64,000 nucleotides of DNA from Anaerolineales bacterium (GCA_050115035.1 JASFRG010000001.1:24932-88931); one strand, 5' to 3'; positions 48,801 through 56,828 are shown, numbered from the stretch's first letter. The notes: generated by a model not told the origin, from the sequence alone. A program made the numbers and translations.

Positions 48801-51191
48801 ACAGGCGGCATGGGACTGACAGTCACCAACTCGGTCGACGCCATCCTGAACGGCGTGCTGCAAGCCAACAAGAGCTTCACCCAGCTTATGGAGGTCAAGC
48901 AGGCGCAAGAACACCTGGACTATAACGTGCGTATCGCTGAGGTGCGGTTCATCGAGTTATTCAAGGACCAGGCCATCCTGGCAGCCAGAGCCCTGGCGCC
49001 TTTCATGGACAAAGAGGAATTTGCGATCAATCCTTTGCTGCAAACCATGCGCGGCGGGTGGAATCGTGTCGCATATGATGAGCCGGCCGGATGGTGGAAC
49101 CGAATCTACATCCGGGCCAGCGAGGACAATACGCTGACCTTTTCCGTGCCCACCGACCGGGCCCGTGCGGAAGAGTCGCGCCTGGGCGTGCAGCGCAATA
49201 ACGTGGACAGCCTGATCGCGCAATCGGTCAGGAACCCCAACTGGGATGAGAACCTGGCAACAGCCATGTTCGAGTTGATGATCCCCAACCGGCTCAAGGG
49301 CACTTTCAAAGACATGAACGACGTGCTGTTCGTGGTGGACAAAGAGTCAGCCAGCTATCCCTGGGAACTGCTCTACGACCGCCGCATGGGCGGCGATAAA
49401 CCCATCGTGGCGCAGGTTGGTATGATCCGGCAATTCATCACCAGGACGTTCCGGGAAAACGTAGTGGACGTCAAGAACAAGAACGTGCTGGTGGTCGGCA
49501 ACCCAGCGGATACTCCGGCAGGCTTTGCCGATCTGCCGGGCGCGGAACAGGAAGCCGTGCTGGTGGCTGCCAAGTTCAAGGAGAACGGCTACGAGGTAGC
49601 ACCTTCTATCCACGCCGACTCGAGCGCCATCATGGTCGACCTGTTCTCGAAAGATTACCGCGTCCTGCACCTGGCCGGACATGGCGTCTATAACTACCGC
49701 TATCAGGACGTCACTGAAGATGAACCCAGAACGGTTACCGGTATGGTGCTGGGAAACGGGGTCTTCCTGACCGCCAACGAGATCCAGAACAAGATGAATA
49801 TCCCCGAGCTGGTCTTCATCAATTGCTGTCATCTGGGGAAGCTGTCTGACCAGGGCGAAGAAGTTGTGACCGGCCGGAACGAGTTCAACAAATTTGCAGC
49901 CAGCCTGTCTAAGGAGTTGATCGAAATGGGCGTCAAGGCGGTAGTAGCAGCCGGCTGGGCGGTCGATGACGCTGCGGCTCTGTCGTTCGCGGAGATCTTC
50001 TACGACCATCTGCTCAGGGGCTATCAATTCGGAGACGCGATCAAAGCCGCGCGCGCTGAGATTTACGAACAACACGGAGACCGCACCAACACCTGGGCCG
50101 CGTACCAATGCTACGGGGATCCAGCCTATCGTCTGGTGGTGAAATCGGGAGCGGGTCGAAACTGGAAAGAAAGATTTGTGGACATTGAGGAAGCCATCGT
50201 CAAGATCGACCAGCTCTACGAGCGCGCCAAAACCGCTTCGGCGCTGGGCATCAAGAGCCTCAAGGACGAGCTTACCAGCCTGTTGAAAGGCATCGAAGAA
50301 GATAACCCCGGCTGGCTGGATAACCCCAGGCTATTGGAAGTCTTTGGGCAGGCCTACGCCGAAGTGTACCTGTTTGGGGATGCGGTCAAGTTCTATGACC
50401 GGGCGATCGTCAGCAGCAATTCGTCCGCTTCGATCAAATCCATCGAGCAGGCGGCCAACTGTCATATCCGCCTGGCCGTGCAGGCTTTCGAGAACGACCC
50501 CGGCCTGTACACCGAATCCAAGAAAAAGATCGAAAAATATATCGAAACCCTGACCCGCCTTATGGCCACTCTAGGGGAAACAACGGAACGTCTGTCGATG
50601 GTGGGCAGCGGCTACAAACGCCTGGCGCTGATCTCCAGCAGCAAGCCATCCAATGTGTGTAACGAAGCGCTGGAGCAGATGGAAAAGTATTATCGTCAGG
50701 CCTGGACGCTGACGAAAGAAAGAGCGAAAGGCAACAAGCCTCTCGACCCTTACCCCCTGATCAATGCGCTGGTGGCCCGTATCGCGTTTTTGGTGCGCTC
50801 AGGCGATGAAAAACAGGCCGCCGAGGAACGTAAAGAAATACTGAGAGTAGAAAAAGGGGTGGCCCAACACCTGGCTCAGGCTCTGGAAATGGCCAAACCC
50901 GAAAGCTTCTGGGCTGCAGTTGGGGTGGCAGATACCAAACTGCTGGATGCGCTGATCGAATATCTGTCGCTCAGGACGAAACGGGTGCCCGATAGGGTGC
51001 ACAAGGAGTTGGTGGAAGATTACCGCACAGCCTGGAAACAATACGGCTCCACACGTGAACTCAACTCGGTCATCGAACACTACACCTTCCTGGTGGACGT
51101 TATGAAGGATTTCGATGAGGAAAATAACCTGTGCGGCGTGCTCGAGAACATCCACACCGATCTACGCGCGATGTCGGAGGAGGTGGATTGA
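45816..51191 (+). CDS. Giant multidomain protein: N-terminal domain, alpha/beta hydrolase, LCAT-like lipase/acyltransferase, helical middle, CHAT caspase-like protease, TPR-like tail
   Basis: HGTFSS (46344) and THSRGG (46530). YDWRLS (47520), AHSMGG (47616), GDGTVPWDS, SHGDL. CHAT dyad HLAGHG (49668) and FINCCHLG (49815). ATG 45816 lies 7 nt after GGAG; the ORF is open from 45798. Confidence 0.85.
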   Translation: MKTEDTKTIKVLGQSNEALKRVNFGGELKNFTVSHAVQFASDRAAATPQVIKDLGDDDIVELIFEDNIHRWVTVAELEEQFKYQISRGSEPGVIEIPSRLPSGDTSRGATSWVLNGLRVLKFDPVEKTVEGVIKNYDKKKLMPEPGLYRFAEKLDKRGEKLDNPKISPTKPVLLFIHGTFSSIENGFGSLRPEVWARLQGKYEQQIFGFNHRTLSESPIQNTLELVEKLPEGAKLDIVTHSRGGLIGELLCRSGRTGGPALFDEDDETLMAEDKAALVKLSRLLQEKKIKVERFVRVACPARGTTLASKRVDRWLEVIVNVVEKVLPPGPGNIFGVLADLLLEIKKQSSNPEAIPGLAAMDPASNFIRMINREDVKVEADLTVIAGDIEKNNLTGRLAVFFTDLFYSDENDLVVNTPAMYGGPARTDGRYFFDKGANVNHFNYFSNQKTAEKLQDALLEELGTLGAQGFRPIKEAYVRVVPDVEITARSYQKRSNISQPVVYILPGIMGTHLAERGNRIWLDALDLALGKMVNLQITNKDVQPQALIAFAYADLVEYLSATHEVIPFPYDWRLSVLDEANRLGDEIEKKLEETEQPIRIIAHSMGGLVTRAMLGLRPDLWKEMRKRDGARFIMLGTPNGGSYQIPRLILGQEKTLRMLATVDIRNSARDLLEVITRFPGVLGLLPIEEEPWNFLVAGTWDKFPNTGRNKWVKPLQKDLDKAKELHDLLKAEKSMIAEDDPILYVAGYSRGAPVAVDIDKTQGVLIRGTNQGDGTVPWDSGILPELKDGRTYYLNASHGDLANTKESFPAIYELLTKGSTERLQKIPPKYDRGQEENYILRDEDVEIYPTQIDIETTMLGAAPVKYEAPPEKPVRVSVAHGNLSFCSDPVAVGHYENDGLYSAERALNHHLNGRLNARHVLGLYPGPEGTVEVVLNEIGEKPGGAVIVGLGQAGELSPFKLTQAFAMALREYGIKAVESGRVGDDGEIRISTLLVGTGGMGLTVTNSVDAILNGVLQANKSFTQLMEVKQAQEHLDYNVRIAEVRFIELFKDQAILAARALAPFMDKEEFAINPLLQTMRGGWNRVAYDEPAGWWNRIYIRASEDNTLTFSVPTDRARAEESRLGVQRNNVDSLIAQSVRNPNWDENLATAMFELMIPNRLKGTFKDMNDVLFVVDKESASYPWELLYDRRMGGDKPIVAQVGMIRQFITRTFRENVVDVKNKNVLVVGNPADTPAGFADLPGAEQEAVLVAAKFKENGYEVAPSIHADSSAIMVDLFSKDYRVLHLAGHGVYNYRYQDVTEDEPRTVTGMVLGNGVFLTANEIQNKMNIPELVFINCCHLGKLSDQGEEVVTGRNEFNKFAASLSKELIEMGVKAVVAAGWAVDDAAALSFAEIFYDHLLRGYQFGDAIKAARAEIYEQHGDRTNTWAAYQCYGDPAYRLVVKSGAGRNWKERFVDIEEAIVKIDQLYERAKTASALGIKSLKDELTSLLKGIEEDNPGWLDNPRLLEVFGQAYAEVYLFGDAVKFYDRAIVSSNSSASIKSIEQAANCHIRLAVQAFENDPGLYTESKKKIEKYIETLTRLMATLGETTERLSMVGSGYKRLALISSSKPSNVCNEALEQMEKYYRQAWTLTKERAKGNKPLDPYPLINALVARIAFLVRSGDEKQAAEERKEILRVEKGVAQHLAQALEMAKPESFWAAVGVADTKLLDALIEYLSLRTKRVPDRVHKELVEDYRTAWKQYGSTRELNSVIEHYTFLVDVMKDFDEENNLCGVLENIHTDLRAMSEEVD

Positions 51192-51252
51192 TCCCTTGCA
51201 TGTCATTCTGAGCCCGCAAGTTCGTTCTGAGTGGCACAATCTTTACACCCAG

Positions 51253-51292
51253 AAAGCTCCCGGTGGATTTGCTCTGCCGGGAGCTTATTTTT
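51253..51292 (+). terminator. Rho-independent terminator of the giant ORF
   Basis: AAAGCTCCCGG-loop-CCGGGAGCTT followed by ATTTTT. Confidence 0.8.
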
Positions 51293-51335
51293 CGAGATTA
51301 TCTCACATCTCATAAAAACTTTAAGGTAAAAGTGA

Positions 51336-51364
51336 TTGACTTTCAACCTTAAAATCTGTATACT
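51336..51364 (+). promoter_or_regulatory. Near-consensus sigma-70-type promoter
   Basis: TTGACT (51336-41), 17-nt spacer, TATACT (51359-64). Confidence 0.65.
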
Positions 51365-51368
51365 GAAA

Positions 51369-51668
51369 GTGCAGGGAATTCCTAGAAATTGGAACCATCT
51401 CTGTCGTACGGGCCGAGAGTTTGGAAAGGGTTCAGAAGCGCAAGTAGAAGAGCCCCTGAAAAGTTCAAAAGCCAACTTTTCTCTCACAGAGTACCAGTGA
51501 CGAGTAAGTCCAATCACAAGAAAGGGCTGAAAGTAAATGGGAAAATGAAGAGAAATCTTGAAGCAAACTGTGTAACACAAGCCTTACATTATCTGTAGGC
51601 TGAAGGCACGGTTAGCAAAGAGAGCGACAGGGTGAAAAGGTTACTGGGGATCCCTGCACTTTTTATTT
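51369..51668 (+). ncRNA. Candidate ~300-nt structured RNA of unknown class
   Basis: Starts about 7 nt after the -10 box. 5' GUGCAGGGAAUUCC pairs with GGGGAUCCCUGCAC (51646-59), which is followed by UUUUUAUUU. CUCUGUCG (51399-406) pairs with CGACAGGG (51625-32). Internal hairpins at 51458-81 and 51581-600. No convincing ORF. Confidence 0.55.
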
Positions 51669-51694
51669 AAGGGAGGCTGCATTCTGCCAAAAGT

Positions 51695-51727
51695 AACCAA
51701 AAACAGGGTGGGCAAACGCCTACCCTG
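51695..51727 (-). terminator. Rho-independent terminator of hpt
   Basis: Minus strand CAGGGTAGGCGTTTGCCCACCCTG followed by TTTTTGG. Confidence 0.75.
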
Positions 51728-51741
51728 TCTTTGGTCTTCTC

Positions 51742-52335
51742 TTACTCCTGATCTTCCGATTGAGCGTTTTGAAACACATCCGGGCTGAGCAGACCGATAA
51801 AAGGCAGGTTGCGATATTTCTCCCTGAAATCCAATCCATACCCGACCACAAATAAAGACGGCAAATCAAAGCCTTTGTATTTTATAGGGATATTCAACAA
51901 GCGGTTGCTGGACTTGTCAAAGAGCACGCAAACTTCCAGGCTGGCGGGCTGGCGCGCCTTCAGATTTTTAAGCAGATAGTTGAGCGTAAAACCGGAATCG
52001 ATCACGTCCTCAACGAATAAGACATGACGACCCCGGATGGAGGTCTCCAGGTCTTTGACCAGGCGCACCATGCCATAGTCGCGCGCTTCCGGCGAATAAC
52101 TGGAAACCGCAATAAAGTCCACCTCGGCCGGGATCGTCACGGCTCGCAAGAGGTCCGCCATAAAAAAGACCACCCCTTTCAAGACACCCACCAGGATAGG
52201 GTTCAGGTCCGCATAATCGCGGGAAATGGTCTCCCCAAGCTCGGCAACCCGCTGCTGGATCTGCGCTTGTGTATACAGGACCTCCCGGACACCCCTGGTC
52301 AAATCCGGATGTCCCCCGGGAACTTCAGCCTTCAT
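51742..52335 (-). CDS. hpt: Hypoxanthine phosphoribosyltransferase
   Basis: PRPP loop VLFVEDVIDSGFTL; FVVGYGLDF. Confidence 0.9.
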   Translation of the reverse strand: MKAEVPGGHPDLTRGVREVLYTQAQIQQRVAELGETISRDYADLNPILVGVLKGVVFFMADLLRAVTIPAEVDFIAVSSYSPEARDYGMVRLVKDLETSIRGRHVLFVEDVIDSGFTLNYLLKNLKARQPASLEVCVLFDKSSNRLLNIPIKYKGFDLPSLFVVGYGLDFREKYRNLPFIGLLSPDVFQNAQSEDQE

Positions 52336-52711
52336 TCTGGCCGCCTTTCTGAGCCTCTGTGCCGATAATCTGATGCGCCTGTTGATCGAGACCGAACTTG
52401 ACCATCATATTGCGCAATTCCTTACGTTTGAGCAGGATCAGATTGACCTCCGGATACAACTCGGCCATCAGGCGCTGCTTGTAGTTTTTCTGGTTGGCCA
52501 GCTTGGGACGCAGGGTGGTCAATTCGATATAGACATCCTGGTCGGGCAGGTAAAAATCCGGCGAGAAGGCCATACTGACATTGCCATCTTCATCCCACTC
52601 CAGGTCAAACGTGCGCGGCTCGTATTCCCAACGAATCTTGTAATAATCGAGGATATTCGCAAATTCTTCTTCTATTGGATGGGCAAATTGCGGTTGATTT
52701 TCTGGTTTCAA
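52325..52711 (-). CDS. Hypothetical protein, possible PD-(D/E)xK nuclease-like fold
   Basis: 128 aa. FSPDFYLPDQDVYIELT resembles a D...E-x-K/T core. TTG start. 11-nt overlap with hpt. Confidence 0.5.
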   Translation of the reverse strand: MKPENQPQFAHPIEEEFANILDYYKIRWEYEPRTFDLEWDEDGNVSMAFSPDFYLPDQDVYIELTTLRPKLANQKNYKQRLMAELYPEVNLILLKRKELRNMMVKFGLDQQAHQIIGTEAQKGGQNEG

Positions 52712-52731
52712 TGCTTGCTTCCGTATTGTCT

Positions 52732-53301
52732 TTATTTTGTTTCCACCATAGAAGTCACGGCCAGACAGATCAGTTCGGCCGCCTTGGGGACATCCAGGGT
52801 CGCGGTGTTCAGCACGAGGTCATATAAACTCGGTTCGCTCCAGTTGACGTGGTAAGCGCGTTCGACAAAGCGCTCCCGCCTGCGATCGCTGGTCTGTATC
52901 TGTGCCAGGGCTGCTTCTTTTGAGATGCCCTGCTCATCGACCAGGCGATTCACCCTGACCTCCAGAGGCGCAATGACCCGCACGTGCAAGGTATCCGGCC
53001 AATCCTGCAGGACCGCCTGTCCGCCTCTACCGACAATGACGATATTGTCATCTCGTGCCAGTTCTTCGATAAGCTCGCATATGGCGTCCAGGTATTCTTT
53101 TTCAACGGACAGGGAAGGTTCAATCCCAAAAAGCCCCAACTCATCTAACATCTCCAGGGCCATTTCCGGGGTACGCGCCCGGCGGGCTGCCTGGTTGATC
53201 AATCCCCGCCATGCCTTGCGATAACCCAGCCGCTGAACGACTTCATCGGCGACCTCACACCCCAGGCTTCCCAATTGACGAGAGATGGTAATCACTGCCA
53301 T
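52732..53301 (-). CDS. Cytidylate-kinase-like family protein
   Basis: MAVITISRQLGSLG N-terminus typical of this family. RBS AGGAG. Confidence 0.7.
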   Translation of the reverse strand: MAVITISRQLGSLGCEVADEVVQRLGYRKAWRGLINQAARRARTPEMALEMLDELGLFGIEPSLSVEKEYLDAICELIEELARDDNIVIVGRGGQAVLQDWPDTLHVRVIAPLEVRVNRLVDEQGISKEAALAQIQTSDRRRERFVERAYHVNWSEPSLYDLVLNTATLDVPKAAELICLAVTSMVETK

Positions 53302-53459
53302 AGCACCACTCCTAACGCTATTTCATTATACAGGAAAATCACAGGAGAGAAGCGGGGAACGGAGCGCCTTCCAATACCCGATCGGATGCGAAACAATTGC
53401 ACCAGGGGTATCTTCCATCCACGCCAGGTGTATTAACTCTTGGAGAAAGGAGTTAATCC

Positions 53460-53837
53460 ATGTCATACAAAAACATTACCACGGTTGCTTCCGTTGTTGC
53501 TTTCATCTTTGCATTGGGATTCATTTTCATGCCCGCCCAACTGACCGGCTACTACAATATCGCGCTCAGCGATGGTGGTGTACTGATCGGGCGGCTCTTC
53601 GGCGCGGCCCTATTCGGTTTCGCGGTGCTCAACTGGTACGGCAGGCACTACACCGATGAGCAGGCGCAACAGGGACTGGCGATGGCCAACTTCGCCGGTG
53701 ACACGGTCGGCTTCATCTTAACCCTGCTCTCGCAAATGAACGGTGCGGCCGGCGTGAACGCATTGGGCTGGTTAAATGTGCTGATCTATCTGTTGCTGGC
53801 ATTGGGATTCGGTTACTTACGCTTTATTGCAAAGTAA
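53460..53837 (+). CDS. Small four-TM membrane protein
   Basis: 125 aa and hydrophobic. RBS AAGGAG. Terminator downstream. Confidence 0.6.
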   Translation: MSYKNITTVASVVAFIFALGFIFMPAQLTGYYNIALSDGGVLIGRLFGAALFGFAVLNWYGRHYTDEQAQQGLAMANFAGDTVGFILTLLSQMNGAAGVNALGWLNVLIYLLLALGFGYLRFIAK

Positions 53838-53879
53838 GATTCGATTGCCCATAAAGTAAGCCAATACCTCGAACAACAA

Positions 53880-53928
53880 AACATCAACGGAGCGGGCTGG
53901 AAAGCCCGTCTGTTGATGTTTTTTATTT
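53880..53928 (+). terminator. Rho-independent terminator
   Basis: ACATCAACGGAGCGGGC-loop-GCCCGTCTGTTGATGT followed by TTTTTATTT. Confidence 0.8.
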
Positions 53929-53939
53929 CTGTGGAGATA

Positions 53940-54097
53940 CCAGTGGGTAAGGTGCCCCGAATGGGGTAAAGCTCGACCCCTGAAAACCGCCCGGTCCTAA
54001 ACGACCGGGCTATTTATACGAAGCCACCTAAAGCGGCTTAAGCCCCGAATGGGGCTTCCTAGAACTAGCCGGGGACTTGAGTCCCCGGCGGTTTGCC
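53940..54097 (+). repeat. Hairpin-mosaic intergenic repeat, copy 1
   Basis: CCCGGTCCTAAACGACCGGG CTATTTATACGAAGCC ... AAGCCCCGAATGGGGCTTCCTAGAACTAGCCGGGGACTTGAGTCCCCGGCGGTTTGC. Collinear with 60392-60575. Confidence 0.8.
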
Positions 54098-54123
54098 TAC
54101 CACCGACCTACGGAACAAAAGCC

Positions 54124-55314
54124 TTATTTCCACAAACCAACTGAGCGCAATAGTTCGGTCAAACAACCATCTCCCTGCGGCGCGGGGGGTGGTTCGGGCG
54201 CGGGGTCTGGGGTGGGTTCAGGAGCAGGCTCGGGGACGGGTGTGACCGTGATCCCAACGCCCGCCCAGCCGTTCTTGATGGCATTCTGTTCTGGGCTGTC
54301 CCAGCCAAATAACTCCCCAGCCGCTTCGAAGGTCAGGTCCGCCGCGCCCTGGAAGTCCGTATCGCTGCTCATCTTCTCGGTGAGCGCTTTGTACCAGACC
54401 TGACCCGCCTTCTCCCAGGCATACCCGTCGATCTCAAGGGCAGTCAAATAAAAGGCGTGGTTGACAATGCCTGAGTTGATATGCACGCCGCCATAATCCA
54501 GACCCGTATTTACGTAATCGTCCATATGTGCGGGCTGCGGATCTTTGCCCAGCACGGGATCATCGTAGGCCGTGCCGGGCGCCTTCATAGAACGGATACC
54601 CACGCCGTTGACATTGGCGGTGAACAAACCTTCGCCGATGATCCAATCTGCCTGATCGGCAGTCTGGCCGCGCTGGTATTGCTTGACCAGGGAGCCAAAT
54701 ATATCGGAAACGGCCTCGTTCAGGGCACCGGGCTGATCTCTGTAGACCAGATTGGCTTCGTATTGTGTTACGCCGTGCGTCAGTTCATGACCGATGACAT
54801 CCAGCGCAATGGTGAAGCGGTTGAACAGGCGTTGGGACTCGGGCAGGTCTTCATCCCCATCCCCGTAGACCATTTGCGCGCCGTTCCAGAAGGCGTTGTC
54901 GTATCCAGTCCCATAGTGGACAGTAGATTTCAACTGGAGCCCATAACCATTGATGGAATTCCTGCCATAAATGGCGTCATACAGATCAAAGGTCGCGCCG
55001 GAGCCGTCATAAGCTTCATTGACAGCCACATCGGAGACAGCAGGGTCGCCTTCGCCGCGCACCAGGTCCCCCGGTAAGCTGGTGCCTGAATTGGCCGTAT
55101 AGACGGCGCGTTGTTTGAGCGCCCGGGCAACGGCTTCGCCCCGGGCGGGAGTGGGCGCGGCAGCGGGGACTATGCTTTGCCGCTCTTCGCGGATCTCCTG
55201 TGAGATGTTCAGCGCCTGGGCTGCCTGATCGCTCTGCGCACCGGAGCCGTTCTCTACGATCTGTTCGAGCATGTAAGGGGGCAGGATGCATAAGATGGAA
55301 TGACGGTGGGACAC
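54124..55314 (-). CDS. M4 (thermolysin-family) metallopeptidase, protealysin-like (no signal peptide)
   Basis: HELTHGV and GALNEAVSDIFG zinc motifs. N-terminal CILPPYML propeptide-type motif. GTG 55314 lies 5 nt after AAAGGAG. Pro-rich C-terminal tail. Confidence 0.85.
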   Translation of the reverse strand: MSHRHSILCILPPYMLEQIVENGSGAQSDQAAQALNISQEIREERQSIVPAAAPTPARGEAVARALKQRAVYTANSGTSLPGDLVRGEGDPAVSDVAVNEAYDGSGATFDLYDAIYGRNSINGYGLQLKSTVHYGTGYDNAFWNGAQMVYGDGDEDLPESQRLFNRFTIALDVIGHELTHGVTQYEANLVYRDQPGALNEAVSDIFGSLVKQYQRGQTADQADWIIGEGLFTANVNGVGIRSMKAPGTAYDDPVLGKDPQPAHMDDYVNTGLDYGGVHINSGIVNHAFYLTALEIDGYAWEKAGQVWYKALTEKMSSDTDFQGAADLTFEAAGELFGWDSPEQNAIKNGWAGVGITVTPVPEPAPEPTPDPAPEPPPAPQGDGCLTELLRSVGLWK

Positions 55315-55361
55315 GGGAACTCCTTTATTTAAATAAATCCAGTAAATCACAGATTCAAGAT

Positions 55362-55555
55362 GTCATTGCGAGGAGCGTTCTTTGCGACGACACTTGCACC
55401 GCGCTGCGTTTGCCGCCTCGCACCGGCGTGCTCGCGGCACGAACGGTGGTGCAGTGCAGGTGAGCAATCTCCCGTCAAGTGGCGAGTATCACACGACAAA
55501 ATTGACTTCACGAACGTGAGATTGCCACATCGGCCTACGGCCTCCTCGCAATGAC
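55362..55555. repeat. 194-bp element bounded by a perfect 14-bp inverted repeat
   Basis: GTCATTGCGAGGAG (55362-75) and CTCCTCGCAATGAC (55542-55). GC-rich interior with no ORF. Confidence 0.7.
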
Positions 55556-56098
55556 ACCACATTCGTGATTTACTGAAATTAGCTTTAATCCTTATCCGAG
55601 TATACACGATGAATGTTGATAAACAATTCCCGACAGCTGCAACCTATCATTTTGTCGGGATGATCTCATTGCTGAACGCCTGCCTGGGATTGGGTTCGAG
55701 GCGTGGGAAACGGGATGCAATGCAGAAGCGGCAGTCCCCTTTGCTTCGACGGGCCGATTGTTTACAGAATCATTAATTAGCCCCCCACCTTTCAAAGCCG
55801 TAAGCCAGGCTAATTGACGAGAAAATCCAGATTCTATAGAATATCCGCATGGGGCAAAACAACAGACAGACCGGGCATTGTCGCGGCCAGAGAAGAAAGC
55901 CCTCCGGCCCCGGGAGGGGAAGGCCACCGGGAAGCGGCGCAATCAAAAACAACGAGCACAGGATGAACGGAACCAAAGGCGGAAGAATAACGGAAGCATG
56001 ACGGAATCACGACGGAAAACCCTCCTAGCGCGAGCCTAGACTGAGCCTAGGCTGAGTATAGAGCGAGTACAGGCCAATCCAGGAGAAAGCAGGCAACT

Positions 56099-56665
56099 AT
56101 GGCAAAAATCCAAAAGAATTCGATCTTAGGGGGGATCAGAGGCAGCATTGGGGACATGGTTATCCGGCAAATGCCGGATGGCAGCGTACGGGTGAGCGCC
56201 AAATCCCTCAAAAAGCGTAAATTCAACCAGGCGCAGAGGGACAACCAGGATCGATTCAAGTTGGCGCAGGCGTACGCGCGCGAGGCCAAGAACAACCCTG
56301 TCTACCTCGAGCTTGCCCAGGAGACGGGCAGGAGCGTGTACCATCTGGCGCTCTCGGACGGCTTGATCCCGCCGGTCATCCACGCGATCGAGCGCACGGA
56401 CGGACGGGTCTGCGTGATAGCCAGCGACAACTTCATGGTAGCAAGGATCTGGGTGCGCATCCTGGACGGGGAGGAGAACCCCCTGGAAGAGGGGCATGCG
56501 GCGCAACCGGACCCGCTCCACGATCCTGAGCGCTGGGAGTACACCTCCCACGCCGAGGGCACGGTCGAAGCCACCGCCTGGGACCTAGCCGGAAACCGGA
56601 CAACTCAATTCCTTGTCAATTGCGAGGCCGCCCGGGAACAAGCGCATGCCGCTCGATTCAATTGA
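56099..56665 (+). CDS. Hypothetical protein
   Basis: 188 aa. RBS CAGGAGAAAG upstream. No motif recognised. Confidence 0.55.
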   Translation: MAKIQKNSILGGIRGSIGDMVIRQMPDGSVRVSAKSLKKRKFNQAQRDNQDRFKLAQAYAREAKNNPVYLELAQETGRSVYHLALSDGLIPPVIHAIERTDGRVCVIASDNFMVARIWVRILDGEENPLEEGHAAQPDPLHDPERWEYTSHAEGTVEATAWDLAGNRTTQFLVNCEAAREQAHAARFN

Positions 56666-56828
56666 AGGTCACATTGCCTGGGTAGTTTACGGAAAGAAAG
56701 AAGGCCAGCCAGTATTCCGCCGGATCACACCTATTGCGGGCATCATGGTTTGGGCTGGGGTATGTAAAACGGAGCCGGGTGAGTTGATTTTGAGAGAAAC
56801 AAAGCGCACATCTAAAGGTATACTATGA
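56646..56828 (+). CDS. Possible small hypothetical protein
   Basis: 60 aa from ATG 56646, overlapping the upstream stop. Weak. Confidence 0.25.
   Translation: MPLDSIEGHIAWVVYGKKEGQPVFRRITPIAGIMVWAGVCKTEPGELILRETKRTSKGIL

Noticed and set aside
46256-50108. Long antisense and off-frame ORFs inside the giant gene (46256-46990, 46560-47135, 47172-47990, 49347-50108)
   Set aside because: These are typical shadow ORFs of a GC-rich coding region, with low-complexity Arg/Pro/Gly-rich translations and no motifs. The plus-strand frame has clear domain signatures throughout.
51389-51598. 69-aa TTG ORF and 125-aa antisense ORF in the RNA candidate region
   Set aside because: There is no RBS, the composition is odd, and the region shows the promoter, closing-stem and terminator logic of an RNA gene.
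51369-51668. Assignment of the structured RNA to RNase P RNA, a cobalamin riboswitch, tmRNA, SRP or 6S
   Set aside because: CAGGGUGAAAAGGU and GCAGGGAA superficially resemble RNase P and B12-element segments. However, the other universal blocks are absent: GAGGAAAGUCC for RNase P, the GCCACUG B12 box, a tRNA-like CCA end and tag ORF for tmRNA, and the SRP domain IV motif. At about 300 nt it is well above the ~180-200 nt typical of 6S. I left it unclassified.
55691-55702. GGGTTCGAGG resembling a tRNA T-arm
   Set aside because: No acceptor, D or anticodon stems can be drawn around it. No tRNA genes were recognised in the window.
53940-56098. Emfourin-type inhibitor gene next to the M4 peptidase; ThsA-type partner next to the TIR gene
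   Set aside because: Neither flank contains an ORF with the expected size or motifs, so I make no claim of a protealysin-emfourin operon or a Thoeris system.
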